Shown here: positions 46,779 through 60,582 of the stretch, piece by piece
Position numbering within the stretch: position 1 is the stretch's first letter
How the letters are laid out: every line of letters begins with the position of its first letter
Source: Haliotis rubra
Lineage: Eukaryota
Direction of reading: 5' to 3'
DNA: 64,000 nucleotides
Assembly: GCF_003918875.1 (NCBI RefSeq)
Contig: NW_025765603.1
Location: 682,001-746,000, forward strand
Translations under genes and position numbers: made by a program
The notes under the pieces: model-generated
Told to the model about the DNA's origin: nothing
Database searches by the model: none
Seen by the model: the letters and a program-made list of their open reading frames with translations, nothing else

Positions 46779-47096
46779 GGTGAGGTGAGGTGAAATTAGG
46801 TTTAACGTCGTGCTTGAGAATATTTCGCTCATATGACGACGTGCATGCGTGTGTATGTGCATGTGCGGTTGCTTGTACTAGCCCAGACTGAAGCTGGTTT
46901 TATAGTGCTAGCCCACTGAGATATGAATACCGAGCCGACCGACCAGTCCTTGTTGTACCCATTAATACCGAGCGCCAGGCAGGGACCAACAAGTACCATA
47001 TTTTAACGTCTTTTGGTATGACGCGGTGGGGGGATCGAACCCGCGACCTTCCGCTCTCCGTGCGGACGCTCTAGCCACTACACCACGGAGGCGGTC
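46779..47096 (-). mobile_element. V-domain (RUDI-like) tRNA SINE family C (~350 bp)
   Basis: tRNA head GGTGTAGTGG...GGTTCGATCC, V-domain-like GTCATACCAAAAGAC..AAAATATGGTACTTG..CCTGCCTGGCGCTCGG, (CACCT)n tail, TSD TTAYTGGCTTTGA. Other copies: 13255-13580-, 35217-35578-, 37077-37360-, 62500-62640+ (truncated). Confidence 0.82.
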
Positions 47097-47279
47097 TTAC
47101 TGGCTTTGAAGGAAAATGTAGGCTCATGAAGAAATATTAAAAAGTACAGGTCCTGTCTTTTCCCATTTATTGTAGTGCAGCATGTGCATGTGTGTACTGT
47201 ACATGCAGTCATATTTGTAATGTGTGTACATATATTTTAGTACAACATGTGTATATGGGTAATGTACGTGCATTTATTG

Positions 47280-48400
47280 TAGTAATGAAATCACTGTTGC
47301 TTGACCACAAAATGAGCAGCTGAAAAATTGTAATGACTTTGTGACACGTGTTGGGGAACGGATCGGGTTGCAATGGAACCTGCGAATGGCAGGCCTACAA
47401 TGACACCTGCACACAATTGTCTCATTCCATTAATTGCACTTCGCTTCTGCCCCGAGTCAAATGAGGTTTACGCACAGGAACAGGAGGGTGACTTTCAACA
47501 TCTACCTTTAATAATCGTCTATATGCAGCTTCCCTGAAACCAAGGCGTCCTGTGAATGAGGTGGCCCTAACAGCTTGCCATAGACGGCAAAAATCGGGTT
47601 GGGCTTGGCAACTCTAGAAATCTACTGCTCATCAATGGGATTATACCATTTTTTACAGGCGAATCAAGGATCTGTCGCCGATTTAAATATGCCAGAAAAC
47701 GTTTTTGGTATGCGAGGACACTTTTTAACCATTATCTGTTTGAGGGTAGTAGTGTCATTGCGTGGGTCGGTATCAGACATAACAGCTGATTCTTGTGAAT
47801 TGACATTGGACTAGCAAGCAATATTTTCAATATCGGCAGAAATCTTGAACTGCAAAATGACAATACCAGATCAAATCGTACCCAAATAGTCCTCGATTAT
47901 GTCCTTACCATGCCCATACAAGAACATCGGTGAACATCGGTGAACATCGGCTGGGTGTTCTGGAGCGAGGAGTGTACGCGGGAGACCCTACACCCCCAAA
48001 CATATATGACCATGGGGCTGCTCTTCAGGAGGAACGGAAGGTAACATCAATGGTATCTATACGCAAGTTCCTTCACAGAAGTACTGTGCTAATATCGTCA
48101 AACATGGTGGTCTCACCAGCTGTACTGTTCTACGCGCCCGAAATTACCGTTACAGACCTTTATGGCCTTACACCTTCACTATCATTTCAACAGTTCCATT
48201 TTGATCGATTGTATTGCTAATTCACTGTATATCATGCCTCACTCATGCTTATTTCTCCAGTAAACCAAAAAAATGTATTACGACATTTGCATGAAAGCAA
48301 ACTAGTCTTCATCGATTGTTTCCGGGAATTTAAAATGAAAAAACTCTGAAACATTCAGAAATTTACGAATGGTTACATATATTTTATATTGAGACAAATG
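47280..48400 (+). mobile_element. Degenerate Tc1/mariner transposase remnant
   Basis: RLYAASLKPRRP...LTACHRRQ..WA (Tc1 DNA-binding region) at ~47510-47610; EH.LGVLERGVYA..P.P.N.....ALQEE...IRK...GG.T (Tc1 C-terminus) at ~47940-48120. Confidence 0.7.
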
Positions 48401-48826
48401 TGTCATGTAAGGACATCTGGTGAATCACTGCATCTGACGCCGGTGAACGGGGGAATTAATGTCTTGGATACACGGATGGCCCTTCAGGAACCGCCGTCTC
48501 TCAACCATGTGTAATACGTGCGGGATATAGGTTTATGGTTGCCAGAATACAGTATTTAAACCATTTGCAACAAGCACGTGACATGGGTCTGACTGACAAC
48601 AGAATATGTCAACAAGATAAGTATGTATAGTTTATAAAATTGGCTGTTTCGGTTTCATCTTCAACAAATGTGACGGTGTGTGTATTGCCAGCTACGTACA
48701 TTTACTATATGCAATATACACGATATTAGTGTGTATATGTAAAACTATGTGAGTCAGACAACTTTCCTACGATATGAGCTTGTGTTAATCAATCACTATC
48801 AAATAGCAACGGTTCCAGGCGTTTGC

Positions 48827-49078
48827 TACCCGTGAAGGTCCGGGTTAGAATGAACCTTCAGTAACCCATGCTTGTCGTAAGAGGCGACTAACGGGTTCGG
48901 GTGGTCAGGCTCGCTGGCCCGGTTGACACATGTCATCAGTTTCCAATTGCGCAGGTCGATGCTCATGCTGTTGATCACTGGATTGTCTGGTCCAGACTCG
49001 ATTATATACAGACCGCCGCCATATAGCTGGAATATTACTGAGTGTGGCGTAAAACTAAACTCACTCACTCACTCACTC
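48827..49078 (+). mobile_element. SINE family B (~250 bp), representative full copy
   Basis: CCCGTGAAG.TCCGGGTTAGAAT...GTCGTAAGAGGCGACTAA...ATAGCTGGAATATT...(CACT)n; TSD TCCAGGCGTTTGC. Other approximate copies: 13015-13230-, 15873-16075+, 21978-22159+, 34900-35165+, 43795-44030+, 51835-52066-, 53030-53220+, plus older decayed ones. Confidence 0.85.
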
Positions 49079-50126
49079 CAGGCGTTTGCGAAAATGTGAG
49101 CGCATCCATCATAAACACATGCAAAGGCTGTGGCACAGACACACGTACAGGCAAGTGAGAACGGGAACATGGGGCCAGACCATGACGTTTTTATTGCCTT
49201 GTTAAGCGTCAAAGAGCTACACAAATGCAGAGTCATGCAAAATATCATACAAAAAATTGACTTGTTAAAACGTTTGGCAATATTCCAGTCAAGGGTTTGA
49301 AAGCGAACGATTTATCAGCTGAGACACCGTATCGTCTCCGAAGTTAAATCACTGAATTCCTAAAATACGATTTTGCCTGTAATTCCCCGTCATTCTGTAT
49401 TTTTCTCAAGACGCACCATGAATCTTGTGTTAAGTTTCCAGTGTACTCATTCGACTTATGGTTTCGTATTTTCCATTGAACACAAATGTTTACCACGCAC
49501 TGATTTGTACATCTAAATGAGAAACAAGGTATTAACTCAATGTACGTTTGTCGCCTCATCTGATCAAATTTGCCTCAGTGGTTTTACGCATTTTGTGTTC
49601 GTGACTCTATATCACGTGATGTTTAAAAACGCTTCTTTACATTCCAAACAAAAAAAATATTATCCCCAGAGATCTATAAGCTATATTTTACTACCACAGA
49701 CATATAATAACAACCTGTCCAATTTGTACATGAATACATTTCACTTTTCGTCTGTGGCTGCTGAACACATATTTAACCGGAAGTGATGTCGGCGCCATTA
49801 TAGGGCTCAACTTCCGGCGTGGCGCAGCAGTAATCTCCATATTGATATGATTTCCGGTTGATGTGGGACGAAAGTGCTCGGCGTTTACAGCGTTTCCGGT
49901 TGCAAGCAGAAAGCAAAGAATAACATAAAGCAGCCATCGCACTTCCTCTAAGGAATGACACTGTATGCGACATGAAAGCCTCAAGAACTGAGCGAAACAG
50001 AGGAGCCATATAAACAGACCAATTTGGCGAAATTTATGGTTACAGGGGATTTGGTCCTCATAAAAGAGGCGTACACTTTAAAGTCATTGTAATAGATATA
50101 TTAGGTGTGTGGACAAGTGCAGACAC

Positions 50127-50165
50127 TATATAAGTAGCTTGTTCTTTGACTCCGGAGACAGTTTG
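50127..50165 (+). promoter_or_regulatory. TATA-box core promoter of the neuropeptide gene
   Basis: TATATAA at 50127-50133, Inr-like ACAGTTT about 30 nt downstream, ATG at 50182. Confidence 0.65.
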
Positions 50166-50181
50166 AAGCGCTTTTGTAACC

Positions 50182-53100
50182 ATGACTGCCTTACCAATAA
50201 CCCTGGTTGTTTTATGCGGGACCGCGGTTTGTGTGTTCGGAAATTCGCAAATGGTAGGTGTACTTTTTCGTTTTCTAAAAAAATATGCAAATTATACACG
50301 ATCATCCTCTTGATGATATAAATTTGTGTTATATGAAAAAGCAAACGTTATAAAAGGTTCGACATCTCTCTCTTGAAGCAGTTTCTGATTTCTCTCCTGT
50401 TTCAAAGTTTGTGTTTCAAGTACATTTGTTTAAGTAGGTTTTAAAAGTTATTTTTCCCATTTTGATGTATGTATGTGGAAAGATCAATTCTACTTTATTT
50501 CAAATTAATATGGTCACGATATGGCAGAAATACTGCCGATGTGACTTAAAATCTTAACTCACTCACTTACTTATATTTAAATTATTACACGAACGTATGA
50601 AGCCAATGAATTAAAACCATAGTTTACAGATTATTTTAATGAAAACGAGTAACTGTCCAGTATTTTCAGGTCAAAACTAATAATAATAAAATATTTTCAT
50701 ATTACATTAGAATGTTGGAATAAAGTCTAAATAAGCAACAGTTCTTTGAAGGACATTTATACTTTTATATTAATTATGCAATATCATATATGGGAAAGTT
50801 AACTTCATTTCAGTTCAATACCTTGTTAACATGTATTCTACAAAACAAAATCGTTATAGGATTGTAAGAATGTGAGAGAAAGACGTAACGGTTACAATTC
50901 TTTAGAAATAAGCCACGCCGAAGACCCGGGTTCGAATCCCCACATGGGTACAATGTGTGAAGCCCATTTCTGGTGTCCGCCGCCGTGATATTGCTGGAAT
51001 ATTGCTAAAAGCGGCGTAAAACCAAAACCACTCACGTTTTAGGAATTAAGTATAAGGTGTTACCTTATTAACAAGTTATCGGGAAAGGTGTAGGAGTCAA
51101 ACGTATAAGGTATCGTTTTTACATGTTAGAATTCACGATCACTAATTTGTGTTGATTTACACGTTGCCAACGCATGTCATACGTACGAGTGATACATTGT
51201 AACGTCACTACTACATTTTAGCGCCATAATATGTTTCAGGCCGCTGTCTGTGGTTCCCTAATTCAGATCGACAATCCACTCAAAATACTTTTGCCTTTTC
51301 ACTTGGTATATTTGCTGCCACCCGAAGGTTCTCGTTTCCCATGTTAGAAGGTAGCCATGATAGAACAGAGTTAAACATATTGTCTATTCAGTGTCGAGCG
51401 AGGTCACCTATAGATGTAAGCGCGTCCAATTTAAGCGCATTCGATACCATATCCATAACCATAGCGCGGATTAATCTGTAACTTTAATTTGATAATGTAT
51501 TATATTAAGCAGTAAACGGTAACGACTGTAAATCTTGGAAACAAATAATGTTCATCGACATAGAAAATTGCTGTTGCAGTTGGTCCGAAATCTTTGAGGG
51601 GCATTTAGACTGACTGACTGAGTTTGGTTTTACGCCGCTTTTAGCAATATTCCAGCAACATCACGGCGGGGGACACCAGAAATGGGCCTCACACATTGTA
51701 CCCATTTGGGGATTCGAACCCGGATCTTCGGCGTGACGAGCCAACGCTTTAACCACTATGCTACCCCACCGCATATGACACATAAACTAGACATACACTA
51801 CGATGGATATCATAATCCATTTAAATACATTAAGTTGTTGGTTGGTTGGTTTGTTGTTTAACGCCGCACTTAACAATATTCCTGTTTATAATCGTGTCTA
51901 GACCAGACAATCCAGTGATCAACAGCATGAGCATCAATCTACGCATTTGGGATACGATGACATGTGTTAACCAAGTTAGCGAGCCTGACTGTACCTGATC
52001 CCGTTAGTCGCCTCTTACGACAAGCATGGGTTGCTGAAGGCCAATTCTAACCCTGATCTTCACGGATTAATGCATTAAGTACACAAGAAGGTGCTAAGAT
52101 GTAAGCTATAGACATTAAAACACTAAAAATAACAGTTGTATTTGAATAAAATTGGATAACAAGTGAGAGCTATATTAAAATAAGAAAACATTATTTTTAA
52201 GAAGTCATGTACAAGATTAACATTAGCGTGTTTTTGACAATGGTAGATTTGTCTAAAGGGGAGTTACCATTAAGGGGCGGTGGGGTAGCCTAGTGGTTAA
52301 AGCGTTGGCTCGTCACGCCGAAGATCCGGGTTCGAATCCCCACATGGGTACAATTTGTGAAGCCCATTTCTGGTGTCCCCCCGCCGTGATGTTGCTGGAA
52401 TATTGCTTAAAGCGGCGTAAAACCAAATTCAGTCAGTCAGTCAGTCAGTCAGCTACCATTAAAAGATGCGTTTAAGTGAAAATAAAGTAAAACATAGCAA
52501 GTGATTTCACAGAAAAACTCAGCAATATAATATATGTAGACGTATACTGGGGATTGCGTATTTATGATGTGTTATAAAGAAGATAATATTGTAATATAAG
52601 ATGTATGTAAGAGTGCCTTTAAAGGAAATGGAAACAAGTGATGTTAAGAAGTGCTTTGCAAAATAAACACATACATCTATACACCAATGATCTCCGTGCT
52701 TGGACACGGTGACGTCAACAATCACTTGTACCTTGTTTGCGACGTGGCCGTGAACCAGTATTGTTCTGACACTAATCCAGTCAGCACTGGATCAGACTGG
52801 ATTAGCCGTGCAGCGCTTTGTCCCATAGGCACGTCCGATTGTAACTAAACTATGGTAGTTTCGAATCCCATCACTAAAATTTGAATTAAAACAAACAGCT
52901 TTGGCTACGATACCCAATCATACATCGTTTGGCGCAATAAAACCACTCTGCCACCCCGAGTTCCATGCGGCAAGCATTTAGTACCTTTGACGCAGACTAG
53001 CGACATGTGTGACGATTCGTCACTCTTACCATAGAATTGGTCTTCAGTAACCCATGCTTGTCGTAAGAGGCGACTAACGGGATCGGGTGGTCAGGCTCGC

Positions 53101-55090
53101 TGACTTGGTTGACACACGTCATCGTATCCCATTTACGTAGATCGATGCTCATGATGTTGATCACTGGATTAATTACAGATTGCTGCTATATATCTGGAAT
53201 ATTGCCGAGAGCTGCGTTAAAAAACTTGTCACATTTTGCAGTGTCCATTTAAGATATTACATGTTTTTCATCTGTTTCCTTATTGAGGATTTTATGTAGG
53301 ACTAAATATGAAAGTTAACCATTTCATGACACGTTTAGTTAAATATTTAGACTTAGATAAACATGTCATTAAATGGATAACTTTCATTAAGAATATATCC
53401 AAATACGTGAAAACTATTTTCATTTGCATTTCCTTTCTGTCTCTTGTTTACGTTAGGTGTCAGAAGCGCTACAGAGGGCAAGGAATACAGATATATACTA
53501 CCCATCAAAAGTTTACACTCACTTAAAACACTCACTATATGTTATGTATATGTGACGACGTCGAAGATGAATTTCTCCACTAACTTGGGGGAACCAACTG
53601 CAAACCTTATGCAGATGAATTGCACGATGACCATGCATCAAATTGCTGAAAAGCATGTGCAAATATCGTGCATGTGCATGGGTTTAAAGTTTTGTTAAGA
53701 ATTCGCCAATTTTCACTGAGATTCATCATTTATTGAACTCATGACAATATTCTTTTCAACATTACGAATTTGTTTTACAATACGTCAGTTCATGTGTAAA
53801 CAGTACCTTTAAACAGTAAGGAATATTTTGCAAATTCTAGTTCAGAACAGTTGACTGAAGTACGTGGCTACATTTACACCAGTGAGTCTAAACTTTTGAT
53901 GGGTAGTATATATAGAACAGTTGTTGCGCACTTCATTGTCACAGCTGTAGGACCACATCTGTATATTGTGTAAAATATGTGCAACGACAGACATGCGGTA
54001 GGACAGTCTGTTCAAACGTCTCATTTGTTTACAAACACACCCGTGAAGATCCGGGTTTGAATGTGGTCTTCAGCTGACCTTTTCGCGAACACCCGGTATC
54101 GTCACTATTTCATAGTGATTCATAAACACATGCTCTGTCATAGTATCGCATGGTGACATTCAGTGGATTGTCTGGTCGATTTGTTTACAAACATCGTACA
54201 TCTGTAATACTGTTGAAACAAATATATACTCATGATATAGTCACCCTTGTACAATCGACTCTAGTACACTACTGCCTAAAAGTTAATTCTCCTTGAACGC
54301 GTTGGGAACGCGTGTAAGACGCATGTGACACGGGTGTGCAACGCGTTTGAGTCCCGTGTCACACGCGTGTGCGACGCGTTTGAGTCCCGTGTCACACGGG
54401 TGTGCAACGCGTTTGAGTCCCGTGTCACACGGTTGTGCAACGGGTGTGCAACGCGTTTGAGTCCCGTGTCACACTGGTGTGCAACGCGTTTGAGTCCCGT
54501 GTCACACACGTGTGCATCGAGACACGCACGCGTGTAACACGGGGCCAAGTTTCAGTTGAATTTGACGAAAAGCGTTAGGGTTGCATGCATAGATGATTTT
54601 TTAAATCGGAAATTTGCCAGAAGAGGTCGGGGATGAACTACAGGATGGTTTAGTTGGTTCTTGATTTGTATATATTTATGTTTTGTTTCTGTACGTTACT
54701 TTTGGGGTTGAGTCCCATCCGGGAGAATACTCCTGGAAGTGTAATGCCAAATATAACATATGTTATATACTGCAACACTTAGTTATAATTAAATTGTGTT
54801 TTGATCCACAGGGTGATAAAGCTTTATCACAGTCCCTCCTGTGGTCGCAACTAAAGCGGATGTCCACAGCACCGCTTGCACAGTCATCGGGAGGGATATC
54901 GTCTTTTGACAGGAACGGCGAGCCAGATGTCGGGAAAAGAGGATTTGATTCTATTGGACACAGCAACCATTTTGGAAGCTCGTCACGTGGTATGGGAAGA
55001 AACACTTCCGGTGATGGCGACAGCCTCGTTTACACCTTCGAGTCTCTATTTCCGGCTATTGCCAGGCAGTTGAGAAGCCGGGGGCAATGA
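50182..55090 (+). CDS. Pedal peptide/orcokinin-like (FDSIG-type) neuropeptide precursor, ~116 aa, 2 coding exons (50182-50253, 54812-55090)
   Basis: Exon 1: ACCATG, signal peptide MTALPITLVVLCGTAVCVFG-NSQM, donor |GTAGGT (phase 0). Exon 2: ccacag|GDKALSQSLLWSQLKR-MSTAPLAQSSGGISSFDR-NGEPDVGKR-GFDSIGHSNHFGSSSR...RGQ*. Dibasic KR sites and an xFDSIG..F motif; TATA box upstream, AATAAA downstream. Confidence 0.82.
52274..52451 (+). mobile_element. SINE family A copy ((CAGT)n tail variant)
   Basis: TSD TACCATTAA. Confidence 0.88.
54320..54540. repeat. 33-bp CpG-rich, self-complementary minisatellite (~5-6 copies)
   Basis: Unit GTGTGCAACGCGTTTGAGTCCCGTGTCACACGG. Confidence 0.9.
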
Positions 55091-55306
55091 AATGTGTGTA
55101 GTACTTTGAACTGATCGTCACGGAAACACTCTGGTCAAACAAGCTGGAAAGTTGACAAATGCAACGATTTCATATTAAAACGCTTAGTACACTTGCGTGT
55201 ATGACCGGACCTATCAACATACATAGTATTGAATCAGCGTATATAAAGCGTACGATATGTAACATATCTATGTCTACGAGGAAATGTGGTGTATTGTGAG
55301 AACTTG

Positions 55307-55312
55307 AATAAA
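55307..55312 (+). terminator. Polyadenylation signal of the neuropeptide gene
   Basis: AATAAA about 217 nt after the TGA. Confidence 0.55.
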
Positions 55313-55409
55313 TATTCTCGACCATTGCTGCCATGTTGGTGTTATTTTAGCCTGCAGTATGGAGCCAGTCTGTAGACACGACAGTTGTGTCTGCTGGGGA
55401 GGTGAGCGT

Positions 55410-55742
55410 CATTGTGTGAGTTTGTGTTTGTGAGATTGTGTGTTGGTGTGAGTGTTGATCTTAGTGTGTCTGTGTCTTGGTGTGAGTGTGAGAGTGTGTG
55501 TTAGTATGAATGTTTGCTGGCGTTTGTGTGTTGGTGAGGGTGTGTGTGTCGTGATCTGGGTGTATGTTATTATGAGCGTATGTTGGTCTTAATGAGCATG
55601 TGTGTTTGTGTGAATATGTGTGAGTGAGAGAAGAGAGAGAGAGAGAGTGTGTGTGTGTTTGTGATTTTGCGTCAACCTGGGCGTTGTGTTAATGTGGCTG
55701 TTGGACTTAATATGTGTGTGTGTGTGTGTGCGTGCGCGCGCG
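55410..55742. repeat. Degenerate (GT)/(GA) low-complexity tract
   Basis: Base composition. Confidence 0.8.
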
Positions 55743-57766
55743 CTTATATCATAGTGAATTATTAATGTGTGGTAACAATCACTGGATTGTCTGGTCCACA
55801 CGCGATCGTTTACAAACATCGTATAGGTGTCTTCACTCGTTAGATCTACACAGCTACTTCTGTGCTGTCAAGATATCTTTTACCAAACGTAGCCTCAAGT
55901 TGATGGCCACGAGTATGTTTGAGGCCACTAAACAATGTCATTGAAAATGGATACACTGTGCAGAGCTTTGTCAGCATATAGTACTCCGCCACAGGCTAGC
56001 GACAGGTGTTGCGATTTTTGACATCCTACACCGTTCATATAGTTCCATGTGTTTCACGTTTGAGGAGTCTAAATATTTAACTAAATATGTCATAGCATGT
56101 TTAACTTTCATTAAGACATTCCTACTGCGTATTTACCCTTTGTTTACATTGAGTGTCATCGAAGCCCTTCGGTGAGCAAGCGAAACAATACGTTTGATCG
56201 TCTGCACGTCATCTCTCCACTATGACGTCAGACCTCGTGTCATGTGACGACTCTGGTCATTATCGGTAGTTTCCGTAATACAAGTGGGATATAATATGTT
56301 AAGGCCACTAAAATTTACTAATAATTTTTTTTCTCCAAGATGGTGCTATGTTTTAATGTGCTTCATAAATGATTTAATCCATAAGTTATACAGTACATCT
56401 CCATTAACGTCTGAACGTCTGACTGAGTCAAGCGTGTCACCATTAGAAACAGGATCTCGTTTTGGTTCAGCGACTCAAAGCTATTTCCTGTCTGTGGTGT
56501 TCATCAGATTTGTTGACATTCGATGAAACAACCCCCTGAAGGCAATTTTCAACAGGACCTATGTGTAGTTTCAATATTGCAAGGATTATTTAAGAGCTAC
56601 TGCATTTTAAAAACTCAGACATGCATGGCAGTTTCGATAATTTAGAAGTAGCATTTGTTATTTTTTGCATAAGACCCAATTTCTTTGGGATCAAGGAATA
56701 TTAGGCACACATCATGTCGTAGCCAGAAACCTATAACTGAGGGTTCGAATCCCGGTCCTCCTGAATTGTGCATAATTTCTAGGTTTGTTAGTGTCATTAC
56801 TGTGCCCGTGTTTTGACCGATTGGTAAACATCTGTGGCTGCATCACTTCCGCCTAGACTAACAACTAGTCTCTAAAATGAACATATTTTACTGAAAAATA
56901 TTTCATAGTAAAAAAAATATATATATAATGAAAAGGAGCCCTGAGACTTTATTCATTTTCAGAAGCTGAGGATATCTAGACTTGCCACATTTTCTAGACT
57001 TGCGTGGGCTTTCTTGGATATGTTTGCTTCAGGGTGTGTATGACAGACTACACTTCCGCCGTAATATAACTGATATGCTGTTGACAATCAGTGTGAAACT
57101 CAATCCACTCGTTAATCAAAAACGAAATGCAACAAATCACAATGCTTGTCCTCGTTATAACAGAACAGTACGCACACGAGCAAAGATATTTGGTCCACTC
57201 AACATTTGAATTTACCCTGGAGGATAATTACTCTTTTTACTGTTAAAGTACAGCACGCCGAAGGGCATTTAAAGTCCCGAAGTATTATGTGCACTCAAAT
57301 CCCTCTATCTGCTGTAGGGAAAGAACTTAAAATACCTAGTTCACTTGACTGTCACGTGACTGACAATACATGTTGGAAACAGCCAAGTGATCAGCCTTAT
57401 CGTTGCTGGTGTCTCAAGCAGTGTAGAGTAACCAGGCCAGATCCACGAAGAATAACAAGTGTCACACTAGTGGGATAATATTACACACACAAGTTCGCCG
57501 TGACATGTCGGCATTGACGTGCTTGTTTAGCCTTGGGATACAATCACCGTGAGGCGGACACGTGGAGTTGGGATATTGAGGTTGTCCTTCTACTGGTATG
57601 TTTGATTAGATACACGTTAGTATTAGGTACACACAGAGATTATATTCTCTTCCAACGTTTTTGTTTTTTCAGGTGAACACTTGACATGACTTTTCATGTG
57701 TTTGTCACAGGTGCCATCATTGGGACAGGATAAGCTCACCTTTTGGTGAACACCTGGCATCATGGC

Positions 57767-57810
57767 TATAAATACAGGCTGATGATGACGTTGAACCCGG
57801 ACACACAGCT
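57767..57810 (+). promoter_or_regulatory. Candidate TATA promoter for the 60.6-kb secreted-protein gene
   Basis: GGCTATAAATAC with a TGACGT half-CRE shortly downstream; linking it to that gene is inference. Confidence 0.35.
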
Positions 57811-59629
57811 ATGGCTCGCTTGTTTCATAACACGACTAGTAGGCTCTGTGGTCTGTTTGTAATAGTTTTCTGATGGGTCGACAATTGTGAGAGGTTTAAG
57901 GCAGTAATGAGAGAGGGAGTTTACTCTGTACGTCCTCTGTATATTAAGCTGTGATCAGTATTGCTTATGGATTCAGAAACATTCTTTGAAAATAATCGCA
58001 GTGTTAAGTAAATGGGGAATATAAATAATATCTCAAAATGTTATATCTGGATTTGAATGGAACTTTGCGGTTATGTTAGATATGACACAAGGGCTATCTG
58101 CGTACGGTTTGCTGAAAGTACATTAAAGTACAAGTACACAGCAGTTCGTTAAAAATGTAATAGTGAACAGTGAATGGCGCAGGGATGTTCTCTAAGAGGG
58201 CCCTTCTAGTTTCCAAATTAAGATAAAAAAATATGCGTAAAATCCATGCTTGTGTTTGTACTTCCGAAGCTTGTATTTCAACAGCATGTTTTGTTCTTGC
58301 AGGTCAGTGACGGATTGATTGACAATGCAAGCTACTTAACAATGCTAAATCCTTGTGAAAGTCAAAATACATATACTAGTACACATTATATATTGCATTT
58401 GCATACCCCACTTGTAATTTGTAGTGATCCGTTCACTGTAATATAATTTGTCATTCTTGCATTCATACATTCAGTTTATATAGACTGCAGATTTTGCTTT
58501 ATGTTATTTGTCGTGTAATTACCCAGACACGAAGGTAAGTGTGCCAATTCTGGTTGTACAGGTAGACCTGATTTGAGTCTTGTGCACGGCTACTTGTTGG
58601 CCACATTAACCTTACCTGGGTACTATTATTACTACATAAGCATGTCATGGCAGCATATATTATGTCCAAATTGAAATTAGAAGCATATTATATGGTTATG
58701 TCTACATCATGCATCATAAGCTACCTTTTGATATGCTACATGACTATGTTGTGATAAGTTTATAAAAATAATTTTGTCTCGAATTGGTGTCGCAAGCATT
58801 TTTTGGAACTCATATTCAATCACCCAAAATAACATATATAGCAAACAGACAAAATGGAACCATGTTTTTTCTGAATCCATACACAACAGTGATTACAATT
58901 AGTAATGGTTCCAACAATTAACATGTAATACCCACGGAATTATACACAAGCCCCTGCGCTATTTACAGTCTATAAGGGAGGTAACTGCTCTGTAGTAAAC
59001 AAAAGGAAGGAGTGAGTGAGTGAGTATGGTTTTAGCAATATTCCAGCAGCATCACCGCGGGGCACAAAAGGAAGGACATATTGTAAATTCAATCATCCTT
59101 TAGGGACCGTTCATAATTTAAGCCTTGGGGGTGGGGGTGGGGTTTGATGATGGTTTAAGGGGAGTCACCCATTTTGTTCTGAGGAGGTCATCAATTTTGC
59201 ATATATGTACTGGTGGTCGGCAATTTTGTACTTATTTTTATGCTTAAGAAATATGGGAAAGGGAGGGAGGTCATTGATTTTGTGCATGACATGGAGGGGG
59301 TCACTTACTTTGTACATAAATTTTAGAGGGGGTGGGGGGAAGGGGCACTCACATTGTACATGCTTCTCCCTTAAAAATCATCATCACCATTCTGGGACAT
59401 TTTTCCTCACCCAAATCTTTGTTTTCCTCTTGTGGCTTTCATCCTACAATCTGGCACACGGCGGAAAACACCTTAATGATATTTTTCGAATTTGTTAAAA
59501 TGTTTCTTGAAATAATTGACAATAATATATAGCCTTATGTGATAATCAATCTTATCCTGAAAAATTCAAAACTGAATTCCGGGCATAATCCCCATAAACA
59601 AGCTGCGTTGTGGCATCTGTAGGCGTAAA

Positions 59630-59800
59630 TCTTGGACAGAATCAATAATATGTTGCAAGATGCGCAAAATGGTTTCCGGAGGAAAAGGTTCGCCACAGAT
59701 CATATTCAAATGTTTTCTTCCATAGCAGGAACTCGTAAAACTATGAAGAAATCAACATTCCTATTCGTTTCCTTTATTGATTTAAGAAGGCATAAACAGA
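59630..59800 (+). mobile_element. Short LINE RT fragment
   Basis: QNGFRRKR.ATDHI...FVSFIDL. Confidence 0.6.
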
Positions 59801-60151
59801 ACTATTTTACTGGACAGCGTGGCAACACTTGGTCTTCATGTCTCTCATAACTATATTGATGAATGGTTGTGTACTTTTGACATACAGCAGACTAGGTTTA
59901 CAGCAAACACGCTATAACGAAATGACGGATACAACGAATTGGTTTTAAGGTCCGTATCACTTCCGGATATTTTAGTCGAATACCGATAAGGAACTACGGG
60001 TATTACGATCTAAAGACGTGGATCCTACGAGTCTGTTATACCTGTTGTTTACTTAGATTTGTATGCATATGATCTATGCAGGTGAGACATAAATCAAACG
60101 TTGTCTGTAAGTCGCTTTGTCAATCATTTTTTTCTGTTAATATAATTTCTA

Positions 60152-60453
60152 TAAGGGACCGTTCATAATTTATGGCTAGCTGGTGATGATGATTTTATGG
60201 AGAAGCATGTACAATGTGAATGACCCTCCCCTAAAGTTTATGTACAAACTAAGTGACCCCCCCTGCATGCCATGTACAAAATCAATGACGCTCACCCCCT
60301 TCCCATAATTTCTAAGCATAATTTTAAACATTTTTCTTTGTACCAAATTGATGACCCCCCCTAGCTCCCGAGTTTAAAATGGGTGACCCCCACCCCCCAG
60401 GCATCTTAAAATCATCATCAGCGCCCTAGCCATAAATTATTAACTATCCCTAA
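60152..60453. mobile_element. MITE with AGGGACCGTTCATAATTTATGGC inverted ends; related partial copy at ~59101-59400
   Basis: Inverted termini; same left end at 59101; internal sequence of the two copies is reverse-complementary. Confidence 0.65.
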
Positions 60454-60582
60454 GGTTATCGGTTGTGCGAAAGGCTCTGGTTACTTACTTGCATACCTTT
60501 AGCTTTCTATGTACAGGTCTAGACGAGCCACAAAGTCTTGTGCGGCTATTCTATGTTATACATTAAAATTTCCAATTAGAAA

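Noticed and set aside
49691-50009. Minus-strand ORFs with hydrophobic stretches
   Set aside because: No splice or domain support; more likely upstream regulatory sequence of the neuropeptide gene (contains CCGGAAGT/ACTTCCGG ETS-like motifs).
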